From an uncultured Oligoflexus sp. (GTDB lineage: Bacteria; Bdellovibrionota_B; Oligoflexia; Oligoflexales; Oligoflexaceae): 42,602 nucleotides of DNA. Shown here piece after piece: positions 1-7,357 of this stretch. Location: contig CAXSGP010000036.1 in the NCBI GenBank assembly GCA_964236955.1, forward strand, positions 1 through 42,602, given 5' to 3'. The position numbers and the translations under genes are program-made. The notes beneath the pieces were generated by a model. It had not been told where the DNA came from. It did no database searches and saw only the letters and a list, made by a program, of their open reading frames with translations. The number at the start of each line of letters is the position of its first letter. The stretch's first letter is position 1.

Positions 1-181
1 TTTCTGAAATCCTATAAAATCGATTTACGTTTCTGTGTTATGCCGACAGAGTCCCCAACTCATGACAGAAGCGCCCCATTTCAAAAACAATAAACCGGCT
101 AAGCTCCTCGAATACAATGGAAATATGGCCCTCCTTGACCTGTCAAGCCCTTCGACCGATAAGGCTTTTGGAGGGAAATAC

Positions 182-847
182 ATGAAATTTTCTAAGCTTT
201 TTCCAATTCTAAACTTAGCCTTATGCCTTCTGCTGCTTGCCGATTGTGCGCAGCCGGTTACGAACGTGATCCAATCCCAAGCAGTGTCCCCAGCCACGGG
301 ACCGGCCTCTTCGAATCCTGCTGATGCCAATTCCGCTTCTGCCGGGCAGTCGGTCGTTCAGGACTCAGGCGATCCCTTGCCAGCAGGATCCCAGGATTTT
401 ACTTTAACGAGCGAAGCTTTCCAAAATTCGGGCGAGATCCCCAACGATTTTATAGCGAAAAATAGCGGCGGTAATATCTCAATTCCCTTGAGCTGGAGCA
501 ACGTTCCGCCTGGAACGGGATCCTTTGCCATACAGATGGTGGATCTGAATTTCCGCAGCCCTCCCTTTGTTCATTGGGCTATTTCTGATATCCCAGCCAC
601 CAGCACGGATCTGCCGGCTGGAATCGATGCTGGCAATGATTTGGTCTCACCGCGCGAAGCGATTGGTGCGAATCAGGCCGTCGATTACAGAGGCCCTAAT
701 CCTCCTTCCCTTCATAACTATGAGATTACAATTTATGCGATACGAGCCAACGCCATCATTAGCTTGGGCGAGGATTCAGCATTAAACAAGGCCCAGTTAG
801 AATCAAATAGTTTAGGTAAATCCGTCCTCGTCGGCACCGTACAATAA
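182..847 (+). CDS. YbhB/YbcL (PEBP, Raf kinase inhibitor-like) family lipoprotein
   Basis: ORF 35..847. ATG at 182 follows GGAGGG and starts a lipoprotein-like signal (MKFSK...LLLLADC). Family motifs FTLTSEAF, NISIPLSWSNVPPGTGSFA, FVHW, YRGPNPP, HNYEITIYA. Confidence 0.85.
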   Translation: MKFSKLFPILNLALCLLLLADCAQPVTNVIQSQAVSPATGPASSNPADANSASAGQSVVQDSGDPLPAGSQDFTLTSEAFQNSGEIPNDFIAKNSGGNISIPLSWSNVPPGTGSFAIQMVDLNFRSPPFVHWAISDIPATSTDLPAGIDAGNDLVSPREAIGANQAVDYRGPNPPSLHNYEITIYAIRANAIISLGEDSALNKAQLESNSLGKSVLVGTVQ

Positions 848-854
848 TCGACTG

Positions 855-891
855 AGCCTTGGCTCAATCCTTTGAGCCAAGGCTGGTCTTT
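855..891 (+). terminator. Intrinsic terminator-like hairpin after the PEBP gene
   Basis: Perfect 13-bp inverted repeat AGCCTTGGCTCAA (855-867) / TTGAGCCAAGGCT (872-884) with a 4-nt loop and a short T tract, 8 nt after the stop. Confidence 0.7.
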
Positions 892-1098
892 AGGTAATTT
901 TAAGGGCTTCACTTGCTTTCTCTGCTAATCTTTTCATACGGCTCGTAATAAACCAGAATTCCCACCTGATTCGGATTCGTGTCAACTCCATTTGACCTCA
1001 TAAAATAATCATAATTTCAATAGTTTGCAAGAAAGTCGTGATTTTATCCGGCTCTTTGCCGATACGGTCCTGCGAAGAATGTCTAGAGGAAACATGCC

Positions 1099-1767
1099 AT
1101 GCGCTTTTTCATCTTGTCGATTTTATTAGTCCTGACGGCATGCAACCAGACGAAGCAGGACTTCCCAGGGGCAAAAGCTGCTGTAGGATCGAAGACCAAT
1201 ACATCTGACTTGGAGTCGCATAAAGGTCAGGCCCCGGTGACAGCTCGATCCGTCTCAGAAACGACAACCATTGAAGCCGACCCTAACTATAATTCTGCGA
1301 AAGAGCGCTCCCCACCGATCGAGAGCCCTCCCCATTCCAGTGACACGGGTGATGGCTCTGCCCCTTCCGGTCTGCCTCCACCTGCAGCCGGCTCGGATCA
1401 GACGAGCGGCGGTGCGATCGTGGTCGGTAAATTCAAGGAGACGGAAGGGCTCAGCGAGGAGACCATAAAGGAGCTTACAATTGCCTTTGAAATTATGAAA
1501 AAATCTGTGCTTGCCAGCCTAAGCTGTGAGACCAGCAACGATTGCCTTATTATGCCTTATGGAATCAAAAACTGTGGGGGCCCAGATGGTTATTTCATCG
1601 GGTCCAAAAAGAATGCCTTGAATACGAGCGGGATATCGACCGCATTGGTTTTGACTTATAGCGCTCTCTCGGCGGCGGCAAATTCTCAGATCGCTAGATC
1701 AGATAAATGCAGTTTGGAAGTGCCACCTGTCGTGGCCTGTGTTCAGTCCAAATGTGGTCCTGGCTGA
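1099..1767 (+). CDS. Hypothetical lipoprotein with low-complexity linker and Cys-rich C-terminal domain
   Basis: GAGGA RBS, lipobox LTAC, S/T/P-rich linker, C-terminal CETSNDC...PYGIKNCGGP...C...C...C. Confidence 0.75.
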   Translation: MRFFILSILLVLTACNQTKQDFPGAKAAVGSKTNTSDLESHKGQAPVTARSVSETTTIEADPNYNSAKERSPPIESPPHSSDTGDGSAPSGLPPPAAGSDQTSGGAIVVGKFKETEGLSEETIKELTIAFEIMKKSVLASLSCETSNDCLIMPYGIKNCGGPDGYFIGSKKNALNTSGISTALVLTYSALSAAANSQIARSDKCSLEVPPVVACVQSKCGPG

Positions 1768-1771
1768 CAGT

Positions 1772-1801
1772 AAAAAAAAAGCACCTCCCATAAGGAGGCG
1801 C
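1772..1801 (-). terminator. Rho-independent terminator of the cytochrome c-PQQ dehydrogenase gene
   Basis: Minus strand reads GCGCCTCC-TTATG-GGAGGTGC followed by T9. Confidence 0.75.
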
Positions 1802-1824
1802 CCATTCAAAACTGTCAAATAACC

Positions 1825-3258
1825 TTACTTAGGACTGATTTTATAGACGATACCAGCATTGTCGTCGGACAGGAGCAAAGACCCATCAATATAGTTCTTA
1901 ACATCGACGGGACGACCCCAGTTGGTCTTGCCGGCCGCATCAACAAAGCCTGAAACGAAGGGACGGTAGCCCAATTTTTTGGTGCCGGTTGACGTCGTAG
2001 TCTCCTGGACTATCATCAAGCGGTAGCCCACTTTTTTAGAGCTGTTCCATGATCCGTGCTCGGCAATGAAGGCACTGTTGCGGTAAGAGACGGGAAAGGT
2101 CTTGCCGGTGTAGAAAGTCATGCCGAGGGCCGCGACATGAGCGCCCAAGACAACAGCGGGCTTAGTAAATTGAGTTTCATTGCAGCTAAAGCCATTGCCG
2201 AAAGTTGGGTCGATTACGTCTGCCGCGAAGCAGTAGGGAAATCCATAATCCTGGATCGGACTGGTCAGCACATTGAGTTCATCACCAGGCTTGGTATCAC
2301 CAAGCTCATCACGGCCGTTGTCGGTGAACCAAAGTTCTCCCGTAAGAGGGTGGAAAGCCATACCAACTGTATTGCGAACTCCCTTGGCGACCTGCTCGAA
2401 ATTGGTACCGTCCAGGTTCATACGAAAGATACCGGCTGCATTGTCACGATCTTCATCACAAACATTACAATCGGCACCGATGGGCATATAAAGCTTTTCG
2501 TCAGGACCAATTGCCAGATATTTCCAGTGGTGGTTGCCCTGCTTGCGGATATCAGACTTGATGACTGTGAATTTTGCTTTAACCACGCTACCGGCGGCCA
2601 GGCTGCGGGCTGTCGCGACTGCGTTTTTAAAGAGGATTATGCGGCTGCTTTCAGCAACGAAGAGATCATCGCCGTGCAGGACGACGCCATTGGGGTTATT
2701 GAGACCGCTGGCTAGAGTCACGGTTTTGTTGCCATTAGCGCCGGGAACGATGGCATGGACGCGACCCTCGGGATCAACATCCGAAAAACCACCGGTCCCG
2801 GCAAAAACGATACCGCTCGGATGAACGGCAAGCGACCGGGCACCTTTCGCCTGAGCGAAGACTTCAATTTTAAAACCAGGTTCAACTGTGAGTTTTGACA
2901 AGGGAACTATATCATTGGCGCCGGTCGGAGGTGTGACCACGACCAGGCTTTCTGTATAAGCGAGAAGATCGGCTTTATCCTGAGCTGTCGGCTGCATAAA
3001 GGCAGGAGCGGATTTGGGCGGCATAGGCCGTGTGCTACTTTGAACGCGGGCCGAGATTTTAGCGGCATTGGCTTTGATAGCCTCGCTATTGATGACACCG
3101 TTGTCATCGGCAAAAGAAGGAGTCATGCTTGAATCATGGCAAGGTGCGCAGGACTTCGATACGACGGCTTCCGCTTTTGTCTGGGCTTCGGATTGCGCGT
3201 TGGCAATACCACCTAACATCAGGCCACCGATAAACAAAGTAAGACTTACTAATTTCAT
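1825..3258 (-). CDS. Secreted PQQ-dependent sugar/sorbosone dehydrogenase family protein with N-terminal c-type cytochrome domain
   Basis: Signal peptide (IANA-Q), CAPCH heme motif with distal RPMPP, then GSDH propeller motifs GPDEKLY, GADCNVC, GVRNTVG, LWFTDNGRD, DYGFPYC, HVAALG, AEHGSWN, GRPVDV, SDD. Confidence 0.9.
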   Translation of the reverse strand: MKLVSLTLFIGGLMLGGIANAQSEAQTKAEAVVSKSCAPCHDSSMTPSFADDNGVINSEAIKANAAKISARVQSSTRPMPPKSAPAFMQPTAQDKADLLAYTESLVVVTPPTGANDIVPLSKLTVEPGFKIEVFAQAKGARSLAVHPSGIVFAGTGGFSDVDPEGRVHAIVPGANGNKTVTLASGLNNPNGVVLHGDDLFVAESSRIILFKNAVATARSLAAGSVVKAKFTVIKSDIRKQGNHHWKYLAIGPDEKLYMPIGADCNVCDEDRDNAAGIFRMNLDGTNFEQVAKGVRNTVGMAFHPLTGELWFTDNGRDELGDTKPGDELNVLTSPIQDYGFPYCFAADVIDPTFGNGFSCNETQFTKPAVVLGAHVAALGMTFYTGKTFPVSYRNSAFIAEHGSWNSSKKVGYRLMIVQETTTSTGTKKLGYRPFVSGFVDAAGKTNWGRPVDVKNYIDGSLLLSDDNAGIVYKISPK

Positions 3259-3580
3259 TCTATCTACCTCTTGGACGTGATCGACTGTCTGCCTTGTAAG
3301 GAAAAAAGTGGGTCAACGCAAGTGACATCATGGGAATTGATTAAAGGGGAAGGCATAGTGGATAAGGATTTGGGGGAAATTCGTCGAAATTATTTTTGGA
3401 ACAAACCATTCTCAAAGCCGCTAAGCGGCATGCGCAGACAGAGAGGCAACATTCACAGGCCCGGAAACTTGACCTTACTAGCGTGAGGGTCTCCGGCAGT
3501 CAAGAGGCCGAAGTCTTTTTCCCAAGAAAAAGTGACCTGTCCCGGGCCGGATCAGGTCGCGGAGAACCTTGGTGTACGGG

Positions 3581-4354
3581 CTAATTTCCGAAAGATTCTA
3601 GATGGATATCCTCGGGAGCCACGTCCTTGGCTTTCAAAAATTCAACAAATTGTTTCATCATGGCTTCCGGTCCACAGGTCATGTAGCTGCTGTCGGCATA
3701 AGTTCCGGCAAGCACCTCGGTGAACATGTCTGAATCAGGACGGCCATGCAAGAAGCCTTCGTCGCGCGCATCCTCACGGGTCAGCGTTGTAATGATAGCG
3801 ATGCCGGGTATTTTATTGAATTCGACTAATTCGTTCCAACTAATCAAATCCAGTTTGGACCGATAGGCCACCAACAGAGTCATTTTTTGCGGTGAGCCTA
3901 CTTGACCCAAAGTTCGCGCATACTGCCTGATCATACTGACGAAGGGTGTTACGCCACTTCCCGCAGCAAGCATGACGAGATGGGAGCGAAATTTGTCCGG
4001 GTCATAACAAAATTTTCCTATTGGGCCAAGAGCCTTAATCTCGTCGCCTATCTTAAGTTGGTCACACATCCAGTTACTCACCAGACCCTGTTCCACTCGC
4101 TTAATCGTCAAAGCGGAAAAACCAGTCTGTACCGGAGAGCTTGACATGGTGTAGGAGCGAGCCACCGGGCGCTCGGATATTTTATCAAAGCGAAGAGTAA
4201 GATACTGACCGGCGATATAATCGAAGGGACAACCGTTATCGACAGCATCCTCTAGATAAAAGGTTTTCGTATCCCAGGTTTCATCTTCAATGTGTGTCAC
4301 TTTAAGGGTCATCCAGCCTTTTTTTCGGCGTGGTGCAGGTGCAGGAGAAGTCAC
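3581..4354 (-). CDS. FAD/NAD(P)-binding oxidoreductase (ferredoxin-NADP reductase-like, no 2Fe-2S domain)
   Basis: AGQYLTL, RSYTMSS, GLVSNW, GPIGKF, AAGSGVTPFVSM, YMTCGP and C-terminal HLESF. GTG start preceded by AAAGGA. Confidence 0.9.
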   Translation of the reverse strand: MTSPAPAPRRKKGWMTLKVTHIEDETWDTKTFYLEDAVDNGCPFDYIAGQYLTLRFDKISERPVARSYTMSSSPVQTGFSALTIKRVEQGLVSNWMCDQLKIGDEIKALGPIGKFCYDPDKFRSHLVMLAAGSGVTPFVSMIRQYARTLGQVGSPQKMTLLVAYRSKLDLISWNELVEFNKIPGIAIITTLTREDARDEGFLHGRPDSDMFTEVLAGTYADSSYMTCGPEAMMKQFVEFLKAKDVAPEDIHLESFGN

Positions 4355-5142
4355 TTTGGACGTCCTTTATTTGGGTCATCAGGCGTTCGACTATAGCGGA
4401 TGGGTACGCAAGGGACAAGGCCGGCTTGCCGACGTTTGCATTCTTTAACAGCAGTCGGGATTTGCCAACAAAAAATTTTGGAAAGGTAATCCGAGAGCTT
4501 AAAGGAGCACTTTAAACCCTCGGATTGTTAAGGGACATTTCACACTAAGGCCGTACCTTCCCGCATCCTGCGGAAATAAGTCGGGGCAGATAGGGCGGAG
4601 GCGGATCCCGTATCGGAATGGAGCACACTGCATGCCGCGTGACTCCAAAATCGATAAGCCTTCAGAGCGTCATGACCTAGTGCTCAACTTTTTTTGCATT
4701 CCACTCTCTTAACTGGGAGTGCGGGCTCCAAAGTTGAGCAAAGATAGTTCCGAAGATAAGCCACACGAATTGAATCAGTCGATCAAATAAAGTATGCCAC
4801 CCATCGGCCCTCTCCAATACGGCTACATTTTAAGGCTAAAATAAGCACTTAATGTGTTTCCGACGAGCGACCGAATATATTTGATCGATTTTCAGAATCG
4901 AACCAACTGTTGGTTAAAACCTTCACCTTATGGAGGAAGCCGCCTACTGCCGGGTTTTCCTCGCGAAACACGAAAATGAGCATTCGCTTTCGATGAAATT
5001 GTATAAGCTCCTAATTTTAGGGGATTAAGCTAGTATTTCTTGGTCGAGGTGCTTGGGTTTGATTCCAGCTACGTGTTAATTTTACTTAAGGCTTGCTTAC
5101 TTAGGAATAGGCCCTACCAACATTGACCTTTGGAGAATCAGC

Positions 5143-5835
5143 ATGGAATCAAATCTGACAGGCAATCAAAACGATAAGATCAAGACTCGAAATGATAGTG
5201 GATCGGATCCGATTATCAAGCCCAACCCTTCGAGTGGATTGCCGCAGGATCCTGTATATGGAGGTCAATCGAACAAAGCGTCTAAAATCGACGAAACCTA
5301 TGAAGGATTCCGACCCTCGTCCCGCGTGCAGGGTATGCCTAACGCCGACAAGGCCGAAGGTTTTGGTTCAAAATTCCAAATGCCAGGTCCCGATATGAGT
5401 GAAAAGCATATGAATGGGAACGAGGAGCAGGCTCAAGGTTCCAGCTCGAATGCGAAGGCGGGCGAGTCGGCACCGATCACGGATCTGGGTGACCTGCCTC
5501 AAGAGTTCGTGGATATCCAGACCAGTATCCAGGCGATCCAGATGCTGGTGCAAAAGTTGCGGGAAAATCTCGCGAGTCCGGAGCAGGAAGAGCTTGAGCA
5601 GCTGATGATTCACGGTTCAAAACTTTTGACCACCAATTGGAAGCAGCTCACGACTGCGGCAACGGGCCAGGTATCAGGCTTGAAAGATGAATTGAAGGAA
5701 AATCCCTATCGCGGACTATTGGGTGCTCTTAAGATTGGTATGGCTTTGAGCCAACTCTTCTCAACACGAAGCAAGGCCAGTCTGCCCGTCCCGGACGAAA
5801 GCTATCCAAGTGCTGACGGGCATGCCATTCACTAA
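5143..5835 (+). CDS. Hypothetical protein with disordered N-terminus and ElaB/YqjD (DUF883)-like C-terminal segment
   Basis: GGAG RBS and clean ORF. LKENPYRGLLGALKIGMALSQLF resembles the VRENPW..GIAAGVG.LLG motif. Confidence 0.65.
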   Translation: MESNLTGNQNDKIKTRNDSGSDPIIKPNPSSGLPQDPVYGGQSNKASKIDETYEGFRPSSRVQGMPNADKAEGFGSKFQMPGPDMSEKHMNGNEEQAQGSSSNAKAGESAPITDLGDLPQEFVDIQTSIQAIQMLVQKLRENLASPEQEELEQLMIHGSKLLTTNWKQLTTAATGQVSGLKDELKENPYRGLLGALKIGMALSQLFSTRSKASLPVPDESYPSADGHAIH

Positions 5836-5871
5836 GGCTTGGATCCGTTCCGAACCTGTCCATCGATTCTT

Positions 5872-5907
5872 AAAAAAGCCCCAAAGCTCATGCTTGGGGC
5901 TCTTTTA
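5872..5907. terminator. Bidirectional terminator between convergent genes
   Basis: A run, AGCCCCAA (5877-5884) / TTGGGGCT (5894-5901), then a T run. Confidence 0.75.
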
Positions 5908-5927
5908 TTGCTGCGGCTGCGCAGCAA

Positions 5928-6983
5928 TCAGGGTCTAAAGGGAGCGAGAGTTGTCATGAGGACTTTCGTGCGGTTCTTATCAACCAGAACCGCCGTGGGT
6001 TGGCCTTCGGTCTCAACAAAGGCCCCTAGTTCACCGCTATCGACAAAGCCATTGCTGTTGCTATCGATGTAGGCAAATACAAAATAAGCCCCTGCTTCCA
6101 GACTCGGCGATACGAAATCCGTAGCCAGACCATCGGCAGTCAGCAGATTGCTACTCAGGGTAAAATTATAAGCGGGAAGCATTTCGAGATCAGCGGCCTT
6201 TAATAAAAGAACATGAACGTCCCGGAACTTTTCCACAGGAGTGACTGGAGGCAGAGCAATCTGCAGTCGAATCCTGGCCTGGGTATCTTCGGCGGGCTGC
6301 GTTTTTTTGAGGAGCTGATCGATATAGATATGAACCGGCTCCACCGATTGGCTCGTATTTTTTACCAGGACGCGCTGAGCTCCGGAAAGCGCGCCTAAAA
6401 CCCCTAGCGGGCTGTCGGTCACCAGCTCCATGCCCTGGAGAGAATAGGGGATAGCACTTGCCCCATCATGCGTCAGATAAGCTCTGAAATAGTATTCGCC
6501 CGGAGCCAGAAAGATTTCCTCCCGGGCTGTCGATGTGGGTTTGCTGGCATCAAATCCAGAAATTTCCAGACTGGCAACCGGAGCACGATTGAACTGCGGG
6601 TTGTCAAAAGCTTCAATATGCATCGTTTGCTGAGTGCCTAAATTATCCGTCAGCATGTAATGAGCAAAGACTGATAGCGAGGCACAGGCCGACCCAGAGC
6701 AGTTTGAGTGCCAATTATAATTGGTCAGTGCGGCGGTGTCACCGATTCTGGACCCACAGATATTGAGAAGCTCTGCTGTCGACCCACTCTCAGTGCATTT
6801 TGAGAAGGCATAGGTCGATGAGCCTGGCGAGGCATTCCAAGTCTCCAGTTGGATCTTTTCACGTTCACTCTCGGTATTCGGATCCTTTAATGACACTGCG
6901 CAGGCATTCGTGAACAGAACTCCAAAAGCCAGGGTCAGGCCGGCCGATCTTAGCTGAAGCAAGGGTTTAAACGCGATATTCAT
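5928..6983 (-). CDS. Hypothetical lipoprotein with two beta-sandwich-like modules (DUF2141-like C-terminus)
   Basis: AAAGGAG RBS, lipobox-like TNAC, motifs LAPGEYYFRAYL and LEAGAYFVFAYIDSNSNGFVDSGE. Confidence 0.7.
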   Translation of the reverse strand: MNIAFKPLLQLRSAGLTLAFGVLFTNACAVSLKDPNTESEREKIQLETWNASPGSSTYAFSKCTESGSTAELLNICGSRIGDTAALTNYNWHSNCSGSACASLSVFAHYMLTDNLGTQQTMHIEAFDNPQFNRAPVASLEISGFDASKPTSTAREEIFLAPGEYYFRAYLTHDGASAIPYSLQGMELVTDSPLGVLGALSGAQRVLVKNTSQSVEPVHIYIDQLLKKTQPAEDTQARIRLQIALPPVTPVEKFRDVHVLLLKAADLEMLPAYNFTLSSNLLTADGLATDFVSPSLEAGAYFVFAYIDSNSNGFVDSGELGAFVETEGQPTAVLVDKNRTKVLMTTLAPFRP

Positions 6984-7357
6984 TGGGGAAGGACTCCTTT
7001 AATGATGAATAAATTATGATCCCGCCGGGTCTGATCTTGAGCCATACTGCGGATATTGTCATCACCCAAAAACAGATCGTGAGCCTTTGCAGCGCGCCAG
7101 GGAACGAGAGAAAGCTGCTGACTATGGCAGCGGTCGCCGGCGCCTCTGACCTTTCCCGGTGCTAATCGGGAATTTTCAGGGAGTCTTTGAATTTTGAAAA
7201 AAAGTGTTTCGTAATTTTCAAACGCCGGGAGATAATGTTTTTCTTTGTCCAGGTCGTTCTTCCAAAAAAGAGCTGACACCTGTGAAGCAGCAAGGTATCT
7301 GTATCGATCACCTATTGCGGTGTGCAATGTCATTTTGTTGTCAAGGAGCGAGACCTC

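Noticed and set aside
2056..2715. Long antisense or alternate-frame ORFs (also 9191..9811, 10185..10637, 16707..17303, 31802..32329, 40699..41193)
   Set aside because: Shadows of better-supported genes, with no motifs of their own.
6980..7333. 117-aa minus-strand ORF upstream of the lipoprotein
   Set aside because: No recognisable motif or RBS; it occupies the probable divergent promoter region, and the downstream gene has its own RBS.
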